A DNA stretch of 60,310 nt, counting the filler, from Basidiobolus meristosporus CBS 931.73 (lineage: Eukaryota > Fungi > Basidiobolomycota): NCBI GenBank assembly GCA_002104905.1. It is 4 parts of 4 records of this genome, joined end to end, with 100 filler letters (N's around TTAATTAATTAA, not from the genome) between each part and the next. Parts side by side here need not be neighbours in the genome. Positions count along the whole stretch, not along the records: positions 28,012 to 40,369 come from MCFE01001243.1; positions 40,470 to 52,204 come from MCFE01001265.1; 2 more parts are not named here. One strand, 5' to 3'. Shown one piece after another: positions 34,239-46,876 of this stretch. The notes under the pieces were generated by a model, which saw nothing but the letters and a program-made list of their open reading frames with translations, did no database searches and was not told where the DNA came from. A program made the position numbers and the translations under genes. Position 1 is the stretch's first letter. Every line of letters begins with the position of its first letter.

Positions 34239-34870
34239 TTAGATGCATTTGCTCTCTTTGCTGCAAAGAAGTAATTTAACTAACTCAATGTAGCAAACCA
34301 GAATTGGGCCATTTCCAAGTTTAATGGCAGAGGAACAACACATATTCATTGAAGCAAAACAACAATGCCCAAAGTTAAAAGCTGGAGAAATATCTATCTC
34401 AGCATGGGAGGGAGAGACTGTGACATCTATATCCAAGCCTAAAAATCAAAAGACATGGATGGACTGTAGAGCTGTTGAGTGCAGTGATGAACAGGCTAAT
34501 ATTCCAAAGACCATGGGAAATCTAGTATGTCATCACCTTACTGACTATCATACAATGGGACCATCTTGAACTCAATGCCAAGCAGAATGTGCTTGATCCT
34601 GTTCCATGAGCATTATCCTGGATGCAAACAAGTACATGGATTCTGCACCAGGAGTGGTATGCTTAGATAGTATCTCAAGAATAGCAGACACTTTGAAAGA
34701 CTCAAGAGCAGGGGTGCCACTGCCAAAACCAGCAGTTTTCTCAAGAGCTTGACTCAAGCAGGGCTTAAAGCTCAAAACAAGCAGCAACAAAACATCTGGT
34801 GACTGGAAGTGTACCAGTAAGATACAAGAAGGCAGAAACAGACTCACTAGTGCAACATTTATCAAGAAAA
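34239..34870 (+). pseudogene. CACTA-like ORF2 remnant
   Basis: ORF 34324-34569 (AWEGETV..KPKNQKT) parallels the minus-strand sequence at ~8770-9330 (AWEGDNV..KPKNNKT). Confidence 0.6.
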
Positions 34871-37828
34871 TGTTGTAAAAATTTGTTATTCCACCTAAAT
34901 ACTCACCTAGCTTAGTCACTTAGATCATTACCCTCAAATCATAGAGAATACTAACCAAATTCCTTGTCAGGACTTACTTAGAATATTTTCACCAAAATAC
35001 CAAGTACCCAGAAAATGAAAAATTCTCAAAGTTGTTCAAACAGCCCCAAACTTTGCACACATGCTCTTGGGACCTTCCTTAACCTATCCTACGTGTTTGT
35101 TATGCCAAGACCATGTAAAAGTATAAATACTACTTTTACATTCAACAAATCATTGAGTGAAAACCACATAATCTACTTGTTCTCCAAATCACTTCCAGTA
35201 TCTCCAAGACTCTTACAACAAATACTGACCAAATTCCTTCTCAGGATTTACTTAGAATATTTTCACCAAAATACCAAGTACCCAGAACACAAAAATTCTC
35301 AAAGTTGCCCAAACAGCCCCAAACTTTGCACACATGTTCTTGGGACCTTTCCTAACCTATTCTACATGGTTTTTATGCCAAGACCATGTAATAGTATAAA
35401 TACTACTTTTACATTCAATAAATCATTAAGTGAAAACCACATAATCTACTTGTTCTCCCAATCACTTCCAATATCTCCAGAACTCTTACAACAGGTTATG
35501 AGCCCAAGCTGCCACTCTCTGCAGTGACTACTACTACTATTACTGGAAATTTCCCTCTGCTGAAAAGTTGGATGGATCTAACTACCAAGTGTGGAAGGTG
35601 AACATGAAGATGCTGCTACAAGAAAGAGGCCTTTGAGATATTGTCATGGGAGAAGAATGCCCTCCTAAAAATGTGGGAGATGAGGCCTTAAAGTACCAAA
35701 AGAAAGAACAAAGTGCCTTTAACTGCATTTGCCTTAATGTTAAGGACAAATTGCTAATTCAATGCTTAAGAGTAAAAACAGCAAAGAATATCTGGAAGGC
35801 ATTAGAAGACACCTACCAGTCATGTTCAGCTGCTAAGAAAATGTATCTGAGACAAAAATTCTTTACTGCAAAGATGCTGCCAGGAGAAGAAATGACAAAT
35901 CTGATTAACAGAATTACCCTGCTGGTAGATGAAACGGAATCTGTGGGTGTACTAACTACTGATGAGGATGTGATAGTTACCATCCTGAATAGCCTGAAAG
36001 ACAGGTTTTGGGGCCTTGTATCAGGCCCAGAGTCCAGAACTGAAGATTTGACCTTAAATTACATATATGGAAGGCTCCTGGATAAAGAATTAAGAAATTC
36101 AAGTGCTAATAAGAAGGAAGAAGAAAATGCTTTAATAAGCAATGATTACCAGCAAAGGAGGTACCCAAGACCCTACAAAGGAAACAGCAACCTGTTTTGC
36201 AACTACTGCAAAAGGAAAGGAAACGCATCAGACTGGTGCTTTAAAAAGAAAGATAGTCAGCAGAAAAAGCCTGAATATGGAAACACTGCAACAAATGAAG
36301 ATAGACTATTCATATCTGCACTAAATATGACCACAAACAAGGATTCTCAGACATGGTATATTAACTCTGGAGCATCTTGACACTTTACACACCAAAAAGA
36401 ACTTTTTACCCAATATCAAGAAATTCCAATCAAGAAGGTTTTCATGGGTGATAATAAAACACTTCATGCAGTGGGAGAAGGAACTATCCAAGTAAACCTT
36501 AGAAGGTGTGAAGGAAGCCATATACTGACTTTCAAAGAAGTACTCTATGTACCAGAAATAGCCAAGAACCTACTCTCTGTAGGCAAGGCCACTGCAGAAG
36601 GACTCAGTTTCAGCTTTGACAATTCTGGATGCAAGATCACTGATCAAAATGGTGCCCATATTGCTTTGGGTAACAGAGATCAGAGCCTATACAATTTGAC
36701 TAATATTCCATCATATTTGGAAGCCAATATAAGTAACTTAAATGAAGAAACACCAATGCTATGGCACATGAGATTTAGGCACATCAATTTTGATTATTTG
36801 CGCAAAATGATCAAAGATCAGCTAGTTTCTGCATTAAAATTGATCCCCCAGCTAATTTAGAGCGCTGTGAAGCCTATATATATGGGAAACAAGCCAGACA
36901 ACTGTTCAAGAGATCTGGCTGATCAAAACTAAGAGAAAATTAGATCAAATTCACTCAGATCTGTGTGGACCAATGCAAAATTTATCCTTAGGTGGGATGA
37001 AGTATTTAATCACCTTATTGATGATTATGCAAGTTAAACATGGGTCTACTTCCTGGAGAGAAAGGAAGAAGCTCTGTCTAAGTTCAGGGAGTTTAAAGCC
37101 ATGGTGGAGAGAGAAACTGGTGAAATAATCAAGAAAATACGCTCTGACAATGGTGAGAATATACCTCAAAACTCTTCACCCACTTCTGCAAAATTCACAG
37201 GATAAAGCAAGAAACTACTGTACCATACTCCCCACAGCAAAATGGAGTAGCAGAACAAGCTAACAGATCAATAATTGATATGGCAAGGTCTATGATCCAT
37301 GATCAAAAATTATCCTATGATTTTTGGGTGGAATCAGTTGCCACTGCTGTTTATCTTAATGATAGGAGTTATAACAGAATACTTGGTGAATCTACTCCAT
37401 TTGAAGCATGGTATGGATACAGACCAAGTGCAGAACATCTAAGAATATTTGGGTGTACAGCATATGCCAAGAAACTGCCTGGAAATCAGTCAAAATTTGA
37501 GCCAAAAAGTGTAAAATGCATATTTTTGGGCTACTGCAATGCAAGTAAAGCATACAGACTCTACAATACCAAAGCAAAGAAGCTAATCAAGTCCAGGAAT
37601 GTGTTGTTTGATCAATATTCAAAATATTCACAAAAAATGACATCAGATGATGACAAAAATCTGATCTCAAATCCACCACTTGTCAGGATTGAAGCAGAGC
37701 AAAGCAATGAAAGTTTTTTCACTCCAGAGGATACTACAGCTGTGGTTCAGCCAGAATCAGTGCCCAGGAATATCCCCAAAGTGATCATTCCAGTATCAAA
37801 TTCCCAGAGATCAAATTGGACAAGAAAT
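34871..37828 (+). mobile_element. Copia family A element A5: tandem LTRs, PBS, gag, protease, integrase; interrupted by A6
   Basis: LTR 34871-35220 plus 5'-truncated LTR 35221-35493; PBS GGTTATGAGCCC 35494-35505; ORFs 35646-36380, 36444-36860, 37280-37876. Confidence 0.88.
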
Positions 37829-40369
37829 TGTTGTAAGAGTCTTGGAGATATTGGAAGTGATTGCAAGAACAAGTAGATTATGTGGCTTTCAATCAGTGAT
37901 TTATGGAATGTAAAAGTAGTATTTATACTTTTACCTGGTCTTGGCATAATAAACACGTAGAAAAGGTTAAGGAATATCCCAAGAACATGTGTGCAAAGTT
38001 TGGGGCTGTTTGAACAACTTTGAGAATTTTTTATTTTTTGGGTACCTGGTATTTTGGTGAAAATATTCTAAGTAAATCCCAACAAGGATTTTGGTCAGTA
38101 TTCTCTAGGAATTGAAGGTAGTGATCTAAGTGACTAAGTTAGGTGAATATTTAGGTGAAATTACAAATTTTTACAACACTCCCACTCAGGTAAATGTTCA
38201 TACTGACTAGTTCTAATTTTGACCTAAGCTATTCAAACTTGTCTCTAGCTAATGGTTTGGCAAATATGTCTGCAATCATTTCATCTGTAGGAAAGTAAGC
38301 TAAGCTAACTAAGTTATTCTCTATAGCTTCATGTATGAAATGATGTCTAATATCTATGTGCTTGGTTCTAGCATGAAAAGTTGGATTTCTACCTAATTGT
38401 ATACATCCTTGATTATCTTGAAATAAAGTAATAGGCGTTTTTTAACATAGGCCTAAATCTGTAAGCAGCTTCCTTAACCACATTGCTTCTTCTGTAGCTT
38501 CACAGGCTGCCATGTACTCTGCCTCTGTGGTGAAAGTGCTACGGTTGGTTGCTTTCTTGAATTCCATGAAATTGCTCCTTTACAGTAAGGAAAGGTGTAT
38601 CCTGTGGTGGATCGTCTGCCTTCTAAATTTTGTCCCCAATCAGCATCAGAGTATCACACAAGATCTTGTTCTGAGTCCTTATAAGTGTATCTTAAGCAGA
38701 TATCAGCAGTTCCTTTTAGGTATCTAAAAATCCGCTTAACTGCTGCAATATGATCAGATCCATAGTTCTGATTATGTTGGCTGACAACTCCCACTGAATA
38801 TGAGATATCTGGATGTATTCCAAGCATGATATACATCATACTGCCGACCATAGATTGATAAGGAAAGTCAGGGCTTTCAGATGGCACCATGCTCTCTTGA
38901 TTTGGTTGAGTTTTGACCAAGTTAAGGTTTGTCTCCGTTGGGGTAGCTGCTGGTTTACAGTCTTCTATTTTGTACTTCTTTAGTATATCTTGAATATACT
39001 TGGATTGGCTTAGGGTAATAGTCTGGGTACTTCTGTCTATGGAGAGCTTAATCCCTGAGTAGTAACTAAGTTCTCCTAAATCAGACATCTTGAACTCCTT
39101 AGATAGGCTGGATTTAGTCTCTTCCAATGTTTCTAGGTTATTGGTGCCTATAATAAGATCATCCACATATAGAGCTAATAGAACTGGATTTGCTCTATCT
39201 GGCTTATAGTATATACTATAGTCAGTATTACTTCTTTTGAAACTCAAGGATTTCAAATAAGAATCTATCTTGCAATTCCAGGCTCTTGGTGATTGTTTGA
39301 GACCATAGAGTGACGTTTTAAGCTGGCAGACCAAATGGGGGTTATCTTGGTCAACAAACCCATCAGGCTGGTCCATATACACGTCCTCATCAAGTTCTCC
39401 ATTCAAAAATGCAGTTTTTACATCCATTTGATGAATAGAAAACTTATATTTGGCTGCAATAGCCAATATTAATCCGATGGAATTAAACTTGGCTACCGGT
39501 GCAAAGGTCTCAGTATAGTCAAGTCCTTTTGTTTGAGAGTATCTTTTGGCTACAAGTCTTGCTTTGTATCTTTCAATTGTACCATCAGCCTTGTATTTTG
39601 TCTTGAAGACCCATCAGCATCCAATTGATTTTTGGGTTAATTGTTAATTTGACTAAGTCCCAAGTATGATTTTCCATCAGGGCCTGATATTCCTCAGTCA
39701 TTGCAGATCTCCAAAACTTTGTCTGAGGGCTATTTAGGGCCTCTTTTACAGTCTGGGGTTCATCAATATGGACTGAATAGGCATAGGCTAAGTTTGTACC
39801 CTCATTGATATAGTAATTTGGGCTATTTCTTGTCTGATTGGATCTCCGGGCATTTGATACTGGAATGATCACTTCTGGGATATTCCTAGGCACTGATTCT
39901 GGCTGAACCACGGTTGTAGAGTCCTCTGGAGTGTAAAAATTTTCATTGTTTTGCTCTATTTCAATCCTGACAATTGATGGACTTGAGATCAAATTTTTGT
40001 CATCATCTGATATCATTTTTTGTGAATATTTTGAATTTTCATCAAACAACACATCCCTGGACTTGATAAGCTTCTTTGCTTTGGTATTGTAGAGTCTGTA
40101 TGCCTTACTCTCATTGCAGTAGCCCAAAAATATGCATTTACACTTTTTGGCTCAAATTTTTGGACTGATTTCCGGCCAGTTTTTTGGTATATGCTGTACA
40201 CCCAAATATTCTTAGATGTTCTGCACTTGGTCTGTATCCATATCATGCTTCAAATGGAGTAGATTCACCAAGTATTCTGCTATAACTCCTATTTTTAAGA
40301 TACACAGCAATGGCAACTGATTCCGCCCAAAATCATAGGATAATTTTTGATCATGGATCATAGATCTTG
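37829..40369 (-). mobile_element. Copia family A element A6 (3' half), nested in A5, cut by contig end
   Basis: 3' LTR 37829-38178, PPT, RH/RT ORF 38654-39466, integrase C-terminal fragments to 40369. Confidence 0.9.
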
Positions 40370-40469
40370 NNNNNNNNNNNNNNNNNNNNNNNNNNNNNNN
40401 NNNNNNNNNNNNNTTAATTAATTAANNNNNNNNNNNNNNNNNNNNNNNNNNNNNNNNNNNNNNNNNNNN
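40370..40469. other. Artificial contig spacer
   Basis: N44-TTAATTAATTAA-N44. Confidence 0.97.
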
Positions 40470-41699
40470 GTGTCCAGGCAGATGACTCCCCTGTATCAAC
40501 ATTTTCCTTTCATTGGTATGTGGGATTTTCCAGGATGCTGAATCCAGTTCAGGAACTTTATTGGAAGTTGTAGTGAGCTCACGGATTATGTCAGTAATCA
40601 CATGCCCCTCCCAAAATGAAGTTGGAAAAGTCTTGAAAGGTGGTCAGGTAGGATGCTGAGGATTCCTGGGCAATGTATAACTATATATTCATAATCAAGT
40701 AGAGTATCAAGCCAGTTGGTAAGCATTGGAGTCAGAGTCTTTTGAGTGTGGATATAGACAAGGGCTTGGTGGTTGGTATACAAGGTAACAGGGCTACCCC
40801 ATAAGTACTGATGAAACTTCTTCAAGGCAAAGATTATGGCAAGTAGCTCCTTCTTGATGACAGAGTAGTTTCACTCAGCAGGTTTTAGAGATCTGGCTTG
40901 AAAAGAGATCCAGTGAGGTGGATATTGGTCTTCATCCTGGTATAGGACAGCCCCTAACCCAACATTAGATGCATCCATTGCAACAAAAAGGTCTTAGTAA
41001 AGCCTTGGTAGGATAGGGTGGGTGCCCGTGGGAGCAACTGGCAGAGTGACTCAAATGCTTGGTCATGAACCTTGTTCCAGGCTGAGGGAAGATCAGGACT
41101 ATGGTGTAATGCATCCAAAGGGGCACTCAATGAGTACGTGAGAGGAATGTGTTCCCTGGAATAGTTGAATATTCCAAGATAATGTTGGAGCTGCTTAGCA
41201 CTATTGGGTTTTGGCCATTCAGGAATATTGACCAGTTTGAAAGGATCAAGCTGGTGGCCATCTGGAGTGACAATGAATCCAAGTAGATTGATTTTGAGGC
41301 TGGCAAAGCTGCACTTTTCCGCATTAAGAATCAGGTCAGCAGCTGTCAGTCTATTTATTACATCAGTGACATGGGTTGCATGATTGTCATGATTTGTGGA
41401 AAATATGATGACATCATCAACAAATACCAAAGCATATGGTGTGTTGTGGTGGTGTAGAGGTACTCCTGGGAGAAGCTACACAACTCAAGGTGTGTGAGGT
41501 GTCTGATGGGTGCAATAGACTTGTTCCGTTGGATAGTGCCACATAGTGCCAGCCGGTTTATAGTGCCGGATCAATCTGGCACTCTACGGCACTATCTGGC
41601 ACTATAATTTCTACCATGATGCCAGTGGTATGATACAGTTACTGGTAATTTTACTCAATCTTACTTATGTTGCTCAGAATAGTGCTTTCCTTGCTTTAT

Positions 41700-42584
41700 T
41701 TACTCTTCATAATGCTCCAGACACATTTCTCTCAGTGGATGTCTTCTTGTATGAACATACTGTGCATTGATAAGTATCTTAACTATTTTACCTATTCTGC
41801 TGTTTTCTCCTATATATGACTTTCCTCTGTATTTACCTGCCAATATGCTGAATCTCTTCAGATATCCAAATGTGTGCTCTACCCTTACTCTGAAATGATT
41901 AAATATCTCATTGTAGAGCTTCTGCTTCCTGCTAAGCACACCATTCCTTGGCTTCCTATAAGCTGTAATACATCCTAATCTCTGACAATCCTCTCCTATA
42001 TAGGCCAAGTCTGCCATACATTTCTCCCCTCTACTGAATTCAGGATGATTCTCTACCCAGAGTGCATTGTCAAGCCTACTTCCAGCAAATGGCCCACTAA
42101 ACCAGATGATGTTACCCTCAATGTCAGACAGTGCTTGAAACTTCACACAGTGTGCCTTGTACTTGCCAGAATAAAAGTGCCTCTGCCCTCTAGAGGATCT
42201 GTTAATCCTCACTGGGAAGGTATCCAAAATACTCCTGATATGGAACCTGTTGCTGAACACTCTGGGATATGGAAGTCTATTGGAGCTTCTGAACCTAGTA
42301 TTCCAAGCTTGCTCTAAGTCATTCATACCCTCTGCAAGGTGGTTCTCCATTGCTGTCAGCTGGGAATGAAAGCTTCTAGGACTTTTGTTGCCATGGATGG
42401 TGGGATGAAACCTTGTAGGGCAATAGTTCTTGTAATAGCAGAGAAGCTTAACAAGGGATCTCCTTGAGTAGATTGGGGTTGATGGTCCACAGTACTTGGA
42501 ATAGATCTCCTCCAGTGTGTCAAAAGGAAATCCAGTGGTAGTGATGGGATTGATGAGAAAAGACCATTCAGATGAGTAAGTCAT
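41700..42584 (-). CDS. DDE transposase (DDE_Tnp_4 / IS5-ISL2 / Harbinger-like), 294 aa, apparently intact
   Basis: ILDTFP, FYSGKYKAHCVKFQ, FSGPFAGS..D, ADLAYIG, RVRVEHTFGYLKRFSIL - candidate D-D-E triad. Confidence 0.9.
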   Translation of the reverse strand: MTYSSEWSFLINPITTTGFPFDTLEEIYSKYCGPSTPIYSRRSLVKLLCYYKNYCPTRFHPTIHGNKSPRSFHSQLTAMENHLAEGMNDLEQAWNTRFRSSNRLPYPRVFSNRFHIRSILDTFPVRINRSSRGQRHFYSGKYKAHCVKFQALSDIEGNIIWFSGPFAGSRLDNALWVENHPEFSRGEKCMADLAYIGEDCQRLGCITAYRKPRNGVLSRKQKLYNEIFNHFRVRVEHTFGYLKRFSILAGKYRGKSYIGENSRIGKIVKILINAQYVHTRRHPLREMCLEHYEE

Positions 42585-43036
42585 ATTAAAATTGATGGAT
42601 GATCATATGGAGGTGGTTTGAATTGATTCGGCGCGATCTGCGTTATTTATCTGATTTTTAACACATTATGGTTAAATCTCCATCAATTGCCATGTATCCC
42701 ATCATTATGTTGCAAAAATCATCCGCAAACAATGCCTTGGTACTTTTATTGATGCTTTAATCATAGGTCTATAATCAAATAGGAAATCTGCGATTGATGT
42801 GATCTGATCCATGTCAACGCGATCCAAGATGCATCATGCATAATATATGGAAAATTCAACAATCACTTTAGTTTTCATATATATTTCATATAAGACCAGG
42901 TTGATGCCAATATACTGCTGTATAAGTATCCAAATCCGTTGCTATGGTCCCCATACCAAGCCTCAACTCATCTTTAGTACAACCCAGACAAAACCCATCC
43001 CCCAGCTCACAAGCGCGGTCCGGACCGGAAAAGTCA

Positions 43037-44183
43037 ATGTCGGATCCGTTTGAGTTCTTGCCAAATGATTTTAGTATGGCCCAAGTGTCTATGATGAGCC
43101 TTCATACAGATATTTGGGCACTACTGATTAATTTAGCAGAACTAGATACCTCAGAGAGTCGACAAAGATGGAAGAATTTGAGTAGAAAGCTGTGGCATGA
43201 GTTCTACATCAAGATGCCAGCCAATGTATGTAAAAAGATATATAACAAGACAAGTATTGAAATCAAGAATGAGCTGAGAGTGAGGGGATTTGACAAGGAA
43301 GCCGCGCGGGAACAATTTTGCGCGCAATTTGCACAGTACAGGCCGGACGCGTCCGTTCGTGCCTCAACTTTGGGAACTAAAGAGATTTTGAATGAGTTTT
43401 TGCCTCAAATGACTAATGTACTACGTGATATATTAGTAGAGCTAAGTGGCTTCCGAGAGCAATATACACAGGACTCATCCAGGCAACAGCTCCAAAGTAT
43501 CAGACAGAGGGTAAGTGAATACCTTGAGGAATCAGATGGAGCTTCAGGAGGAAGAATACAGACCGTGAGCAACATCGTCCAGATTGCACCAGCACGCCTT
43601 GCTGGATTCCCTACCATCTCTTGCAACCACAGCGCACCGGCGCACGTCAGTCCAGACCACGCCAACACCCTTTACCAGAACGCCCCGCGTCAAGTCAACG
43701 CGCGCGCTTCAGAGCAAAACTACCAGAACTCGCCAAACTGCTCATTTAGACACAAGTCCATTGGAGCGGACCAAGTTGTGTCAACATGCGGCATCACATC
43801 AAACTCAGCCAAGGGCCATCTCAACACGTCTAGGCACGCCTGCGCGTGCAGTTTTGCCTGACCATCAGCGAGTTACTTCTGGTGAACTGACTGATGATGA
43901 CCAACATGAAGTGACTCAACCACCGGAGCCCTTGGCAAGTAAAAGAACGCGTCAGTGTGTGGCACTACAGGCCGGTACAGTTGGTTCAGTTGGTTCAGTC
44001 GGAGCAATTCAGCGCGGCCAAGCTGCAGCATTGCACTCATCAACTAGGAGGCAAAATACTGACTACAAATACACAAGTAGCCAAGATGATAGTCAGCCAG
44101 GAAGTAGTATAGGTGTGCAAAGTGAGTCACTACCAAATGCTTCAGTAGTAATCCCTGTGAGAAAAAAACCTAGGAGAAGATGA
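43037..44183 (+). pseudogene. Partner ORF2 of copy 2, frameshifted by a 2-nt deletion near 43540
   Basis: gatggagcttc versus gatggtgagcttc in copy 1; restoring tg fuses ORF-track entries 42944-43861 and 43584-44183. Confidence 0.75.
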
Positions 44184-46876
44184 TGCGATCGCTTTGAATC
44201 GCTCACATTTGTAATGATCCCGACAACCCTTTTTTTTTGCGATCCAAATTGAGCCATTGCAAATCAGTGATCATCAAATTTTTGATATAAGTAATATCAA
44301 GGTTGTCTCACATTTGAGACAGAACCCCTATAAATAAACACCCTGCATATATATACGTCATCTGTAATACCAGTGCAGCTATTGGATCTTTTTTGCACCT
44401 ACACGATTGCTTGCGTGCTAGCTATGACACCTTGCCCAATCACTAGGATCAGGGATTTACTTGCTCAATGGGCAAAATGGGATATTTGATGGCAAATCAG
44501 GTAGCTTTTTCAGTAGTCAATGAGCCAATTGGGGGCTGCCAGCTTCAGGATACTTTTGGACCAATTAACCACTAAGATACCGTCCAATTGGAGTGAGGGT
44601 AACCAAAATGGTAAGTATCAGTGTAGTTTATAGTGTGATACACATTTATTTCCATTTACATTAAAGAAACATATCCAAATACCGGATTTTACCTGCCATT
44701 ATAGCGGTATCTGATCGCGCACATGATGCAAGCATTACGAGTTGGCGCGATCATCCGCGCCAACCTCATCGTGTCAGACTGTGCCATAGTGTGCAAGATT
44801 GTCCCGCATAGTGCAAAATCGTCCAAGAACAATCCTGCCTTCTGGTAGCTATAATATCGCGCCCGATTGTTCTTTGCAACCGCAGATCACGCCGCACACC
44901 CTGGCACGGTACAATGGAACAAGTCTAATAACCTCTGTGTCCAAACTGCTGGTGTCTTTGTCAATATGTCACTATGGTAAAAGCTCCTGCTTCTCTAGCT
45001 TCCTAGGTGCTCCAAGTGTCTCCAAAGGCCTCTGTTTGTCTTGTGCACTACCCTGAAAAGCTCCTTGATGGCAGGTCTGAGATGTACTGTTGAAGACAGG
45101 TGCAGTGATCAACTGCTAATCAATAAGGGAGAAGTGTTACTGATAGAAGGGATGATTTATTGATGAGGGATTGCCTTCCCTTAAATACTTTTCCTGATTG
45201 CCAAGTGATTACTAATGACAAGGCTCTAGAATATTCTAGGCATCAGTGGATATTCTTGATGACATCACTATGAGCTAAAATATGCCAAGAATGTCCTGGA
45301 AGGTTCTAAAAGGCACAGCACATCCAACCAATCAGGAATCAGTAGTCTGAGACCTGTGCAACATAGAAATACCATATATGGTATTGAAATATTAGGGATG
45401 GTAACACAGAACTAGGTCATGTGTCACAGGTACTGACGCGGGTACCTGTCTTATGTAGATTCATATACTGATCACAAAGCTGAATAACATCTGGGATAAC
45501 TAATGCTAATAACTAATCAGGGTAAACATCATATGGGGATAATACTGATAATATGGGCAAAAGAAGAATGGGATAATACTGATAAGATAAAATATGGATA
45601 AGTATATCTTAATGACTATATGAATAAACTTGTCTGTGGGAGGTATGTTAACCCTACCACAGCATTCTTGAGTATTATAGTCATGACCCTCTGGAACTTG
45701 CTGGTCAGTGTCTTTAGGCCAAAGGGAGCTCCCTGAAGCATCCATTGCATATTATTAAAAGTAAAGGCAGTCTTATGCTGATGATCAGGATGGATCTGGA
45801 ATTGGTGATATGCATCCTTCCAGTCCAATTTGGTAAGTACTTTTGCACCTGATAGTGAGGAAAATATATCCTGGATTCTTGGAATTTGAAATTTATCATC
45901 TTGGAGAAGCTTGTTCAGAGGTCTAGGGTCCAAACAGGGTCTCTTCAGAGTAAGATTTCCATCAGCATCTTTCTTAGGTGCAAGTGCAAAGGGCTGTTAA
46001 ATGTTGTGTTGACAGGGGCTTGAGTGATAATTCCATTGTCAGCCCACTTTTGGACTATTTCATCAACCAAGTGTTGACAAGAATGCGGAATTTGGTATTG
46101 CCTCCTCCATGTTGACTCACCAGGTGGGGCTTCTATTGTAACAATGGATTCTGGAGTAGTGCAGAAACAATTCCTGGGAATGGCTTGGTTTCTTTCTATG
46201 GCCAGCTGAATTTCCAATTTGATTGATTGAGAATACGCTTGAAAAGCTGGGGTTGACTCCTCTGCTTCCAGATGGGGAGAGTTAATCTGTGGAATGTGAT
46301 TCATTCTGGGTGTCTGAGACTTTGTGATTCCAGGATATAAAACTGGTAGTCCACCTATGTGAAAGACAAGTTTGGTAAAGGTGTCTAGACCAATGACTAC
46401 CTGAGGTCCATCTGGAATGTCAATAAATTCCATCTGATGGATTTTAGTTAATGAACCACAGTGTATGCTGATTGGGTTGGTGATACCAATTCTTGGGGCT
46501 GAGAGGTCCTCAGCCACAAGCATGATTTTTCCTGATTGCTTTTCCATTGCCAATCTGAGTTCTTTGACCATATTAGGTGATACAATAGAGTTGGATGATC
46601 CAGTATCCAGTAGTGCTAGATATGATTAGCCATTGAGTTTGAGTAGCACCTCTATAGCTTTTAGCTGCGCAATTGGTTGCTACTTTTCTTGAACAGTTGC
46701 AATTTTAGCCGGAATTTCAAAGAGGTTGTGATAATCTTGAACTGTAAGTTTTTCATATGCTTCCTCATACCCAGTCATATCATTAGTTGAATGATCAGCT
46801 AGAATCTGAGCAAATTTTGCCAATGGCGTAGAGTTCTTCTCAGGATAGGCAGGTGATCTATGTCCCATCTTTCTGC

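Larger units (their letters stand above)
41517..44926. mobile_element. Two-ORF DDE_Tnp_4 (PHIS-like) DNA transposon, copy 2 (3410 bp)
   Basis: TIR AGACTTGTTCC..GGAACAAGTCT; AAT TSD (41514-41516, 44927-44929); empty site gggtgcAATaacc seen in family B LTR near 55771. Confidence 0.94.
41445..45661 (-). repeat. Diverged family B solo LTR (B2), split by DNA transposon copy 2
   Basis: Shares termini and U3 core with family B LTRs; flanks GTGT/GCAT, both derivable from GCGT; LTR halves 41445-41516 and 44930-45661. Confidence 0.85.
40470..46876 (-). pseudogene. Ty3/gypsy family E gag-pol remnant, RT split by a solo LTR
   Basis: RT halves 45616-45933 (LDWKDAYHQ, APFGLK, FQRVM..LKN) and 40954-41430 (VFVDDVII) rejoin as LKNAPYALVFVDD; RH 40598-40825; gag/protease fragments to ~46890. 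Confidence 0.85.

Noticed and set aside
35015-35527. ORFs inside copia A LTRs (also 1388, 17414, 30367, 37747)
   Set aside because: Inconsistent starts and stops among copies; incidental open frames in LTR sequence
43584-43861. Apparent overlapping dual-frame ORFs, or an intron starting at GTAAGT 43511, in ORF2
   Set aside because: Copy 1 has two extra nt and reads through in one frame (EESDGELQEEEYRPQ); a simple frameshift explains it
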